A stretch of 64,000 nt of DNA from the human T2T-CHM13v2.0 reference genome, Homo sapiens. Each line of letters opens with the position of its first letter. Positions within the stretch are counted from its first letter, which is position 1. The stretch lies in the NCBI RefSeq assembly GCF_009914755.1, contig NC_060938.1; one strand, 5' to 3'. Below, piece by piece: positions 27,606-41,200 of this stretch. Position numbers and translations under genes: made by a program. The notes beneath the pieces were generated by a model that was not told the origin of the DNA, made no database searches, and worked only from the letters and a program-made list of their open reading frames with translations.

Positions 27606-30600
27606 GAGTGTATCAAAACTGCTCTGTCAAAAGGAAGGTTCTTCTCTGTTAGGTGAGTGCATACGTCATAAAGGAGTTTCTGAGAATGTTTCTGTCTAGT
27701 GGTTATGGGAAGATATTTGCTTTTTCCCCGTAGGCCTCAGGGCGCTCCAAATGTCCACTTGCACATGCTACAAAAAGAGTGCTCCAAAGCTGCTCTCTGA
27801 AAGGGAATGTTCAACTCTATGAGTTGAATGCAAACATCACAAAGACGTTTCTGAGAATGCTTCTGTCTAGATTTGATATGAAGATATTCCCGTTTCCAAC
27901 GAAATCTTCAAATCTATCCAAATGTCCACTTGCAGTTTCAACAAAAAGTGTTTTTCAGAACTGCTCTATCAAAAGAAAGATCCACCTCTGTTAGCTGAGT
28001 TCACACATCACAAACAAGTTTATGAGAATGCTTCTGTCTAGTTTTTATTTGAAGATATTTCCTTTCTCACCATAGAGCTGAAAGCTGTCCTAATGTTCAC
28101 TTCCAGATACTACAGAAAGAGTGTTTCAAAACTGCTGTACGAAAGGGAATGTTCAACTCTGTGACTTGAATGCACACATCACAAAGAAGTTTCTGAGTAT
28201 GCTGCTGTCTACTTTTTATACGTAATCCCGTTTCCAACGAAATCCTCCAAGCTATCCAAATATCCACTTGCAGATTCCACAGAAAGACTGTTTCAAAACT
28301 GCTCTGTCAATAGAAAGGTTCAACTCTGTTAGCTGCGTGCATATATCCCAAAGAAGATTCTGAGATTGCTTCTGTCTAGTTTTTATGGGAAGATATTTCC
28401 CTTTTCACCGTAGGTGTCAAGGCGCTCCAAATGTCCACTTCCAGACACTACAAAAAGAGTGTTTCAAACCTACTCTGTGAAAGGGAATATTCAACTCTGT
28501 GACTTGAATGCACATATCACAAAGAAGTTTCTGAGAGTGCTTCTATCGAGATTTTATATGAAGATATTCCCGTTTCCAACGAAATCCTGAAATGTATCCA
28601 AATATCCCCTCGCAGATTCTACAAAAAGAGTGTTTCAAAACTGCTCTGTAAAAAGAAAGGTTCAACTCTGTTAGTTGAGTACACACATCACAAATAAGTT
28701 TCACACAATGCTTCTTTCTAGCTTGTAGGGGAAGATATTCCCTTTATCACCATGGGCCTCAAACCGTCTGAAACGTCCACTTCCATATACTACAAAAAGA
28801 GCATTTCAAACCTGCTCTATGAAAGGCAATGTTCAACTCTGTGACTTGAATGCAGACATCACAGAGCAGTTTCTGAGAATGCTTCTGTCTAGATTTTATA
28901 GGAAGATATTCCCGTTTCCAACGAAATCTTCACAGCTATCCAAATATCCACTTGCAGATTCTACAAAAAGAGTGTATCAAAACTGCTCTGTCAAAAGGAA
29001 GGTTCTTCTCTGTTAGGTGAGTGCATACGTCATAAAGGAGTTTCTGAGAATGTTTCTGTCTAGTGGTTATGGGAAGATATTTGCTTTTTCCCCGTAGGCC
29101 TCAGGGCGCTCCAAATGTCCACTTGCACATGCTACAAAAAGAGTGCTTCAAAGCTGCTCTCTGAAAGGGAATGTTCAACTCTATGAGTTGAATGCAAACA
29201 TCACAAAGACGTTTCTGAGAATGCTTCTGTCTAGATTTGATATGAAGATATTCCCGTTTCCAACGAAATCTTCAAATCTATCCAAATGTCCACTTGCAGA
29301 TTCAACAAAAAGTGTTTTTCAGAACTGCTCTATCAAAAGAAAGATCCACCTCTGTTAGCTGAGTTCAGACATCACAAACAAGTTTATGAGAATGCTTCTG
29401 TCTAGTTTTTATTTGAAGATATTTCCTTTCTCACCATAGACCTGAAAGCTGTCCTAATGTTCACTTCCAGTTACTACAAAAAGAGTGTTTCAAAACTGCT
29501 GTACGAAAGGGAATGTTCAACTCTGTGACTTGAATGCACACATCACAAAGAAGTTTCTGAGGATGCTGCTGTCTACTTTTTATACTTAATCCCGTTTCCA
29601 ACGAAATCCTCCAAGCTATCCAAATATCCACTTGCAGATTCCACAGAAAGACTGTTTCAAAACTGCTCTGTCAATAGAAAGGTTCAACTCTGTTAGCTGC
29701 GTGCATATATCCCAAAGAAGATTCTGAGATTGCTTCTGTCTAGTTTTTATGGGAAGATATTTCCCTTTTCACCGTAGGCGTCCAGGCGCTCCAAATGTCC
29801 ACTTCCAGATACTACAAAAAGAGTGTTTCAAACCTACTCTGTGAAAGGGAATATTCAACTCTGTGACTTGAATGCACATATCACAAGGAAGTTTCTGAGA
29901 ATGCTTCTGTCGAGATTTTATATGAAGATATTCCCGTTTCCAACGAAATCCTGAAATCTATCCAAATATCCCCTCGCAGATTCTACAAAAAGAGTGTTTC
30001 AAAACTGCTCTGTAAAAAGGAAGGTTCAACTCTGTTAGTTGAGTACACACATCACAAACAAGTTTCACAGAATGCTTCTTTCTAGCTTGTAGGGGAAGAT
30101 ATTCCCTTTATCACCATGGGCCTCCAACCGTCCGATAAGTCCACTTCCATATACTACAAAAAGAGCGTTTCAAACCTGCTCTATGAAAGGCAATGTTCAA
30201 CTCTGTGACTTGAATGCAGACATCACAGAGCAGTTTCTGAGAATGCTTCTGTCTAGATTTTATAGGAAGATATTCCCGTTTCCAACGAAATCTTCACAGC
30301 TATCCAAATATCCACTTGCAGATTCTACAAAAAGAGTGTATCAAAACTGCTCTGTCAAAAGGAAGGTTCTTCTCTGTTAGGTGAGTGCATACGTCATAAA
30401 GGAGTTTCTGAGAATGTTTCTGTCTAGTGGTTATGGGAAGATATTTGCTTTTTCACCGTAGGCCTCAGAGCGCTCCAAATATCCACTTGCACATACTACA
30501 AAAAGAGTGCTTCAAAGCTGGTCTCTGAAACGGAATGTTCAACTCTATGAGTTGAATGCAAACATCACAAAGACGTTTCTGAGAATGCTTCTGTCTAGAT

Positions 30601-33600
30601 TTGATATGAAGATATTCCCGTTTCCAACGAAATCTTCAAATCTATCCAAATGTCCACTTGCAGATTCAACAAAAAGTGTTTTTCAGAACTGCTCTATCAA
30701 AAGAAAGATCCACCTCTGTTAGCTGAGTTCAGACATCACAAACAAGTTTATGAGAATGCTTCTGTCTAGTTTTTATTTGAAGATATTTCCTTTCTCACCA
30801 TAGAGCTGAAAGCTGTCCTAATGTTCACTTCCAGTTACTACAGAAAGAGTGTTTCAAAACTGCTGTACGAAAGGGAATGTTCAACTCTGTGACTTGAATG
30901 CACACATCACAAAGAAGTTTCTGAGGATGCTGCTGTCTACTTTTTATACTTAATCCCGTTTCCAACGAAATCCTCCAAGCTATCCAAATATCCACTTGCA
31001 GATTCCACAGAAAGACTGTTTCAAAACTGCTCTGTCAATAGAAAGGTTCAACTCTGTTAGCTGCGTGCATATATCCCAAAGAAGATTCTGAGATTGCTTC
31101 TGTCTAGTTTTTATGGGAAGATATTTCCCTTTTCACCGTAGGCGTCAAGGCGCTCCAAATGTCCACTTCCAGATACTACAAAAAGAGTGTTTCAAACCTA
31201 CTCTGTGAAAGGGAATATTCAACTCTGTGACTTGAATGCACATATCACAAGGAAGTTTCTGAGAATGCTTCTGTCGAGATTTTATATGAAGATATTCCCG
31301 TTTCCAACGAAATCCTGAAATCTATCCAAATATCCCCTCGCAGATTCTACAAAAAGAGTGTTTCAAAACTGCTCTGTAAAAAGAAAGGTTCAACTCTGTT
31401 AGTTGAGTACACACATCACAAACAAGTTTCACAGAATGCTTCTTTCTAGCTTGTAGGGGAAGATATTCCCTTTATCACCATGGGCCTCAAACCGTCCGAT
31501 AAGTCCACTTCCATATACTACAAAAAGAGCGTTTCAAACCTGCTCTAGGAAAGGCAATGTTCAACTCTGTGACTTGAATGCAGACATCACAGAGCAGTTT
31601 CTGAGAATGCTCCTGTCTAGATTTTATAGGAAGATATTCCCGTTTCCAACGAAATCTTCACAGCTATCCAAATATCCACTTGCAGATTCTACAAAAAGAG
31701 TGTATCAAAACTGCTCTGTCAAAAGGAAGGTTCTTCTCTGTTAGGTGAGTGCATACGTCATAAAGGAGTTTCTGAGAATGTTTCTGTCTAGTGGTTATGG
31801 GAAGATATTTGCTTTTTCACCGTAGGCCTCAGAGCGCTCCAAATATCCACTTGCACATACTACAAAAAGAGTGCTTCAAAGCTGGTCTCTGAAACGGAAT
31901 GTTCAACTCTATGAGTTGAATGCAAACATCACAAAGACGTTTCTGAGAATGCTTCTGTCTAGATTTGATATGAAGATATTCCCGTTTCCAACGAAATCTT
32001 CAAATCTATCCAAATGTCCACTTGCAGTTTCAACAAAAAGTGTTTTTCAGAACTGCTCTATCAAAAGAAAGATCCACCTCTGTTAGCTGAGTTGACACAT
32101 CACAAACAAGTTTATGAGAATGCTTCTGTCTAGTTTTTATTTGAAGATATTTCCTTTCTCACCATAGAGCTGAAAGCTGTCCTAATGTTCACTTCCAGAT
32201 ACTACAGAAAGAGTGTTTCAAAACTGCTGTACGAAAGGGAATGTTCAACTCTGTGACTTGAATGCACACATCACAAAGAAGTTTCTGAGTATGCTGCTGT
32301 CTACTTTTTATACGTAATCCCGTTTCCAACGAAATCCTCCAAGCTATCCAAATATCCACTTGCAGATTCCACAGAAAGACTGTTTCAAAACTGCTCTGTC
32401 AATAGAAAGGTTCAACTCTGTTAGCTGCGTGCATATATCCCAAAGAAGATTCTGAGATTGCTTCTGTCTAGTTTTTATGGGAAGATATTTCCCTTTTCAC
32501 CGTAGGTGTCAAGGCGCTCCAAATGTCCACTTCCAGATACTACAAAAAGAGTGTTTCAAACCTACTCTGTGAAAGGGAATATTCAACTCTCTGACTTGAA
32601 TGCACATATCACAAAGAAGTTTCTGAGAATGCTTCTGTCGAGATTTTATATGAAGATATTCCCGTTTCCAACGAAATCCTGAAATGTATCCAAATATCCC
32701 CTCGCAGATTCTACAAAAAGAGTGTTTCAAAACTGCTCTGTAAAAAGAAAGGTTCAACTCTGTTAGTTGAGTACACACATCACAAATAAGTTTCACACAA
32801 TGCTTCTTTCTAGCTTCTAGGGGAAGATATTCCCTTTATCACCATGGGCCTCAAACCGTCTGAAACGTCCACTTCCATATACTACAAAAAGAGCATTTCA
32901 AACCTGCTCTATGAAAGGCAATGTTCAACTCTGTGACTTGAATGCAGACATCACAGAGCAGTTTCTGAGAATGCTTCTGTCTAGATTTTATAGGAAGATA
33001 TTCCCGTTTCCAACGAAATCTTCACAGCTATCCAAATATCCACTTGCAGATTCTACAAAAAGAGTGTATCAAAACTGCTCTGTCAAAAGGAAGGTTCTTC
33101 TCTGTTAGGTGAGTGCATACGTCATAAAGGAGTTTCTGAGAATGTTTCTGTCTAGTGGTTATGGGAAGATATTTGCTTTTTCCCCGTAGGCCTCAGGGCG
33201 CTCCAAATGTCCACTTGCACATGCTACAAAAAGAGTGCTTCAAAGCTGCTCTCTGAAAGGGAATGTTCAACTCTATGAGTTGAATGCAAACATCACAAAG
33301 ACGTTTCTGAGAATGCTTCTGTCTAGATTTGATATGAAGATATTCCCGTTTCCAACGAAATCTTCAAATCTATCCAAATGTCCACTTGCAGATTCAACAA
33401 AAAGTGTTTTTCAGAACTGCTCTATCAAAAGAAAGGTCCACCTCTGTTAGCTGAGTTCAGACATCACAAACAAGTTTATGAGAATGCTTCTGTCTAGTTT
33501 TTATTTGAAGATATTTCCTTTCTCACCATAGACCTGAAAGCTGTCCTAATGTTCACTTCCAGTTACTACAGAAAGAGTGTTTCAAAACTGCTGTACGAAA

Positions 33601-36600
33601 GGGAATGTTCAACTCTGTGACTTGAATGCACACATCACAAAGAAGTTTCTGAGGATGCTGCTGTCTACTTTTTATACTTAATCCCGTTTCCAACGAAATC
33701 CTCCAAGCTATCCAAATATCCACTTGCAGATTCCACAGAAAGACTGTTTCAAAACTGCTCTGTCAATAGAAAGGTTCAACTCTGTTAGCTGCGTGCATAT
33801 ATCCCAAAGAAGATTCTGAGATTGCTTCTGTCTAGTTTTTATGGGAAGATATTTCCCTTTTCACCGTAGGCGTCCAGGCGCTCCAAATGTCCACTTCCAG
33901 ATACTACAAAAAGAGTGTTTCAAACCTACTCTGTGAAAGGGAATATTCAACTCTGTGACTTGAATGCACATATCACAAGGAAGTTTCTGAGAATGCTTCT
34001 GTCGAGATTTTATATGAAGATATTCCCGTTTCCAACGAAATCCTGAAATCTATCCAAATATCCCCTCGCAGATTCTACAAAAAGAGTGTTTCAAAACTGC
34101 TCTGTAAAAAGGAAGGTTCAACTCTGTTAGTTGAGTACACACATCACAAACAAGTTTCACAGAATGCTTCTTTCTAGCTTGTAGGGGAAGATATTCCCTT
34201 TATCACCATGGGCCTCCAACCGTCCGATAAGTCCACTTCCATATACTACAAAAAGAGCGTTTCAAACCTGCTCTATGAAAGGCAATGTTCAACTCTGTGA
34301 CTTGAATGCAGACATCACAGAGCAGTTTCTGAGAATGCTTCTGTCTAGATTTTATAGGAAGATATTCCCGTTTCCAACGAAATCTTCACAGCTATCCAAA
34401 TATCCACTTGCAGATTCTACAAAAAGAGTGTATCAAAACTGCTCTGTCAAAAGGAAGGTTCTTCTCTGTTAGGTGAGTGCATACGTCATAAAGGAGTTTC
34501 TGAGAATGTTTCTGTCTAGTGGTTATGGGAAGATATTTGCTTTTTCACCGTAGGCCTCAGAGCGCTCCAAATATCCACTTGCACATACTACAAAAAGAGT
34601 GCTTCAAAGCTGCTCTCTGAAACGGAATGTTCAACTCTATGAGTTGAATGCAAACATCACAAAGACGTTTCTGAGAATGCTTCTGTCTAGATTTGATATG
34701 AAGATATTCCCGTTTCCAACGAAATCTTCAAATCTATCCAAATGTCCACTTGCAGATTCAACAAAAAGTGTTTTTCAGAACTGCTCTATCAAAAGAAAGA
34801 TCCACCTCTGTTAGCTGAGTTCACACATCACAAACAAGTTTATGAGAATGCTTCTGTCTAGTTTTTATTTGAAGATATTTCCTTTCTCACCATAGAGCTG
34901 AAAGCTGTCCTAATGTTCACTTCCAGATACTACAGAAAGAGTGTTTCAAAACTGCTGTACGAAAGGGAATGTTCAACTCTGTGACTTGAATACACACATC
35001 ACAAAGAAGTTTCTGAGGATGCTGCTGTCTACTTTTTATACGTAATCCCGTTTCCAACGAAGTCCTCCAAGCTATCCAAATATCCACTTGCAGATTCCAC
35101 AGAAAGGCTGTTTCAAAACTGCTCTGTCAATAGAAAGGTTCAACTCTGTTAGCTGCGTGCATATATCCCAAAGAAGATTCTGAGATTGCTTCTGTCTAGT
35201 TTTTATGGGAAGATATTTCCCTTTTCACCGTAGGTGTCAAGGCGCTCCAAATGTCCACTTCCAGATACTACAAAAAGAGTGTTTCAAACCTACTCTGTGA
35301 AAGGGAATATTCAACTCTGTGACTTGAATGCACATATCACAAAGAAGTTTCTGAGAATGCTTCTGTCGAGATTTTATATGAAGATATTCCCGTTTCCAAC
35401 GAAATCCTGAAATGTATCCAAATATCCCCTCGCAGATTCTACAAAAAGAGTGTTTCAAAACTGCTCTGTAAAAAGAAAGGTTCAACTCTGTTAGTTGAGT
35501 ACACACATCACAAATAAGTTTCACACAATGCTTCTTTCTAGCTTGTAGGGGAAGATATTCCCTTTATCACCATGGGCCTCAAACCGTCTGAAACGTCCAC
35601 TTCCATATACTACAAAAAGAGCATTTCAAACCTGCTCTATGAAAGGCAATGTTCAACTCTGTGACTTGAATGCAGACATCACAGAGCAGTTTCTGAGAAT
35701 GCTTCTGTCTAGATTTTATAGGAAGATATTCCCGTTTCCAACGAAATCTTCACAGCTATCCAAATATCCACTTGCAGATTCTACAAAAAGAGTGTATCAA
35801 AACTGCTCTGTCAAAAGGAAGGTTCTTCTCTGTTAGGTGAGTGCATACGTCATAAAGGAGTTTCTGAGAATGTTTCTGTCTAGTGGTTATGGGAAGATAT
35901 TTGCTTTTTCCCCGTAGGCCTCAGGGCGCTCCAAATGTCCACTTGCACATGCTACAAAAAGAGTGCTTCAAAGCTGCTCTCTGAAAGGGAATGTTCAACT
36001 CTATGAGTTGAATGCAAACATCACAAAGACGTTTCTGAGAATGCTTCTGTCTAGATTTGATATGAAGATCTTCCCGTTTCCAACGAAATCTTCAAATCTA
36101 TCCAAATGTCCACTTGCAGATTCAACAAAAAGTGTTTTTCAGAACTGCTCTATCAAAAGAAAGATCCACCTCTGTTAGCTGAGTTCAGACATCACAAACA
36201 AGTTTATGAGAATGCTTCTGTCTAGTTTTTATTTGAAGATATTTCCTTTCTCACCATAGACCTGAAAGCTGTCCTAATGTTCACTTCCAGTTACTACAGA
36301 AAGAGTGTTTCAAAACTGCTGTACGAAAGGGAATGTTCAACTCTGTGACTTGAATGCACACATCACAAAGAAGTTTCTGAGGATGCTGCTGTCTACTTTT
36401 TATACTTAATCCCGTTTCCAACGAAATCCTCCAAGCTATCCAAATATCCACTTGCAGATTCCACAGAAAGACTGTTTCAAAACTGCTCTGTCAATAGAAA
36501 GGTTCAACTCTGTTAGCTGCGTGCATATATCCCAAAGAAGATTCTGAGATTGCTTCTGTCTAGTTTTTATGGGAAGATATTTCCCTTTTCACCGTAGGCA

Positions 36601-38242
36601 TCCAGGCGCTCCAAATGTCCACTTCCAGATACTACAAAAAGAGTGTTTCAAACCTACTCTGTGAAAGGGAATATTCAACTCTGTGACTTGAATGCACATA
36701 TCACAAGGAAGTTTCTGAGAATGCTTCTGTCGAGATTTTATATGAAGATATTCCCGTTTCCAACGAAATCCTGAAATCTATCCAAATATCCCCTCGCAGA
36801 TTCTACAAAAAGAGTGTTTCAAAACTGCTCTGTAAAAAGGAAGGTTCAACTCTGTTAGTTGAGTACACACATCACAAACAAGTTTCACAGAATGCTTCTT
36901 TCTAGCTTGTAGGGGAAGATATTCCCTTTATCACCATGGGCCTCCAACCGTCCGATAAGTCCACTTCCATATACTACAAAAAGAGCGTTTCAAACCTGCT
37001 CTATGAAAGGCAATGTTCAACTCTGTGACTTGAATGCAGACATCACAGAGCAGTTTCTGAGAATGCTTCTGTCTAGATTTTATAGGAAGATATTCCCGTT
37101 TCCAACGAAATCTTCACAGCTATCCAAATATCCACTTGCAGATTCTACAAAAAAAGTGTATCAAAACTGCTCTGTCACAAGGAAGGTTCTTCTCTGTTAG
37201 GTGAGTGCATACGTCATAAAGGAGTTTCTGAGAATGTTTCTGTCTAGTGGTTATGGGAAGATATTTGCTTTTTCACCGTAGGCCTCAGAGCGCTCCAAAT
37301 ATCCACTTGCACATACTACAAAAAGAGTGCTTCAAAGCTGGTCTCTGAAACGGAATGTTCAACTCTATGAGTTGAATGCAAACATCACAAAGACGTTTCT
37401 GAGAATGCTTCTGTCTAGATTTGATATGAAGATATTCCCGTTTCCAACGAAATCTTCAAATCTATCCAAATGTCCACTTGCAGATTCAACAAAAAGTGTT
37501 TTTCAGAACTGCTCTATCAAAAGAAAGATCCACCTCTGTTAGCTGAGTTCACACATCACAAACAAGTTTATGAGAATGCTTCTGTCTAGTTTTTATTTGA
37601 AGATATTTCCTTTCTCACCATAGAGCTGAAAGCTGTCCTAATGTTCACTTCCAGATACTACAGAAAGAGTGTTTCAAAACTGCTGTACGAAAGGGAATGT
37701 TCAACTCTGTGACTTGAATGCACACATCACAAAGAAGTTTCTGAGGATGCTGCTGTCTACTTTTTATACGTAATCCCGTTTCCAACGAAATCCTCCAAGC
37801 TATCCAAATATCCACTTGCAGATTCCACAGAAAGACTGTTTCAAAACTGCTCTGTCAATAGAAAGGTTCAACTCTGTTAGCTGCGTGCATATATCCCAAA
37901 GAAGATTCTGAGATTGCTTCTGTCTAGTTTTTATTGGAAGATATTTCCCTTTTCACCGTAGGTGTCAAGGCGCTCCAAATGTCCACTTCCAGATACTACA
38001 AAAAGAGTGTTTCAAACCTACTCTGTGAAAGGGAATATTCAACTCTGTGACTTGAATGCACATATCACAAAGTAGTTTCTGAGAATGCTTCTGTCGAGAT
38101 TTTATATGAAGATATTCCCGTTTCCAACGAAATCCTGAAATGTATCCAAATATCCCCTCGCAGATTCTACAAAAAGAGTGTTTCAAAACTGCTCTGTAAA
38201 AAGAAAGGTTCAACTCTGTTAGTTGAGTACACACATCACAAA
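27279..38242. repeat. Near-identical ~11-kb block copy of 1-10964 (offset 27278 = 20 HOR - 2 bp)
   Basis: Rare shared SNVs at constant offset: 506/27784, 1168/28446, 1259/28537, 1267/28545, 2201/29479, 4334/31612, 4816/32094, 7784/35062, 9322/36600. Confidence 0.9.
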
Positions 38243-41200
38243 TAAGTTTCACACAATGCTTCTTTCTAGCTTGTAGGGGAAGATATTCCCTTTATCACCA
38301 TGGGCCTCAAACCGTCTGAAACGTCCACTTCCATATACTACAAAAAGAGCATTTCAAACCTGCTGTATGAAAGGCAATGTTCAACTCTGTGACTTGAATG
38401 CAGACATCACAGAGCAGTTTCTGAGAATGCTTCTGTCTAGATTTTATAGGAAGATATTCCCGTTTCCAACGAAATCTTCACAGCTATCCAAATATCCACT
38501 TGCAGATTCTACAAAAAGAGTGTATCAAAACTGCTCTGTCAAAAGGAAGGTTCTTCTCTGTTAGGTGAGTGCATACGTCATAAAGGAGTTTCTGAGAATG
38601 TTTCTGTCTAGTGGTTATGGGAAGATATTTGCTTTTTCCCCGTAGGCCTCAGGGCGCTCCAAATGTCCACTTGCACATGCTACAAAAAGAGTGCTTCAAA
38701 GCTGCTCTCTGAAAGGGAATGTTCAACTCTATGAGTTGAATGCAAACATCACAAAGACGTTTCTGAGAATGCTTCTGTCTAGATTTGATATGAAGATATT
38801 CCCGTTTCCAACGAAATCTTCAAATCTATCCAAATGTCCACTTGCAGATTCAACAAAAAGTGTTTTTCAGAACTGCTCTATCAAAAGAAAGATCCACCTC
38901 TGTTAGCTGAGTTCAGACATCACAAACAAGTTTATGAGAATGCTTCTGTCTAGTTTTTATTTGAAGATATTTCCTTTCTCACCATAGACCTGAAAGCTGT
39001 CCTAATGTTCACTTCCAGTTACTACAGAAAGAGTGTTTCAAAACTGCTGTACGAAAGGGAATGTTCAACTCTGTGACTTGAATGCACACATCACAAAGAA
39101 GTTTCTGAGGATGCTGCTGTCTACTTTTTATACTTAATCCCGTTTCCAACGAAATCCTCCAAGCTATCCAAATATCCACTTGCAGATTCCACAGAAAGAC
39201 TGTTTCAAAACTGCTCTGTCAATAGAAAGGTTCAACTCTGTTAGCTGCGTGCATATATCCCAAAGAAGATTCTGAGATTGCTTCTGTCTAGTTTTTATGG
39301 GAAGATATTTCCCTTTTCACCGTAGGCGTCCAGGCGCTCCAAATGTCCACTTCCAGATACTACAAAAAGAGTGTTTCAAACCTACTCTGTGAAAGGGAAT
39401 ATTCAACTCTGTGACTTGAATGCACATATCACAAGGAAGTTTCTGAGAATGCTTCTGTCGAGATTTTATATGAAGATATTCCCGTTTCCAACGAAATCCT
39501 GAAATCTATCCAAATATCCCCTCGCAGATTCTACAAAAAGAGTGTTTCAAAACTGCTCTGTAAAAAGGAAGGTTCAACTCTGTTAGTTGAGTACACACAT
39601 CACAAACAAGTTTCACAGAATGCTTCTTTCTAGCTTGTAGGGGAAGATATTCCCTTTATCACCATGGGCCTCCAACCGTCCGATAAGTCCACTTCCATAT
39701 ACTACAAAAAGAGCGTTTCAAACCTGCTCTATGAAAGGCAATGTTCAACTCTGTGACTTGAATGCAGACATCACAGAGCAGTTTCTGAGAATGCTTCTGT
39801 CTAGATTTTATAGGAAGATATTCCCGTTTCCAACGAAATCTTCACAGCTATCCAAATATCCACTTGCAGATTCTACAAAAAGAGTGTATCAAAACTGCTC
39901 TGTCAAAAGGAAGGTTCTTCTCTGTTAGGTGAGTGCATACGTCATAAAGGAGTTTCTGAGAATGTTTCTGTCTAGTGGTTATGGGAAGATATTTGCTTTT
40001 TCACCGTAGGCCTCAGAGCGCTCCAAATATCCACTTGCACATACTACAAAAAGAGTGCTTCAAAGCTGCTCTCTGAAACGGAATGTTCAACTCTATGAGT
40101 TGAATGCAAACATCACAAAGACGTTTCTGAGAATGCTTCTGTCTAGATTTGATATGAAGATATTCCCGTTTCCAACGAAATCTTCAAATCTATCCAAATG
40201 TCCACTTGCAGATTCAACAAAAAGTGTTTTTCAGAACTGCTCTATCAAAAGAAAGATCCACCTCTGTTAGCTGAGTTCACACATCACAAACAAGTTTATG
40301 AGAATGCTTCTGTCTAGTTTTTATTTGAAGATATTTCCTTTCTCACCATAGAGCTGAAAGCTGTCCTAATGTTCACTTCCAGATACTACAGAAAGAGTGT
40401 TTCAAAACTGCTGTACGAAAGGGAATGTTCAACTCTGTGACTTGAATACACACATCACAAAGAAGTTATTGAGGATGCTGCTGTCTACTTTTTATACTTA
40501 ATCCCGTTTCCAACGAAGTCCTCCAAGCTATCCAAATATCCACTTGCAGATTCCACAGAAAGGCTGTTTCAAAACTGCTCTGTCAATAGGAAGGTTCAAC
40601 TCTGTTAGCTGCGTGCATATATCCCAAAGAAGATTCTGAGATTGCTTCTGTCTAGTTTTTATGGGAAGATATTTCCCTTTTCACCGTAGGTGTCAAGGCG
40701 CTCCAAATGTCCACTTCCAGATACTACAAAAAGAGTGTTTCAAACCTACTCTGTGAAAGGGAATATTCAACTCTGTGACTTGAATGCACATATCACAAAG
40801 AAGTTTCTGAGAATGCTTCTGTCGAGATTTTATATGAAGATATTCCCGTTTCCAACGAAATCCTGAAATGTATCCAAATATCCCCTCGCAGATTCTACAA
40901 AAAGAGTGTTTCAAAACTGCTCTGTAAAAAGAAAGGTTCAACTCTGTTAGTTGAGTACACACATCACAAATAAGTTTCACACAATGCTTCTTTCTAGCTT
41001 GTAGGGGAAGATATTCCCTTTATCACCATGGGCCTCAAACCGTCTGAAACGTCCACTTCCATATACTACAAAAAGAGCATTTCAAACCTGCTCTATGAAA
41101 GGCAATGTTCAACTCTGTGACTTGAATGCAGACATCACAGAGCAGTTTCTGAGAATGCTTCTGTCTAGATTTTATAGGAAGATATTCCCGTTTCCAACGA

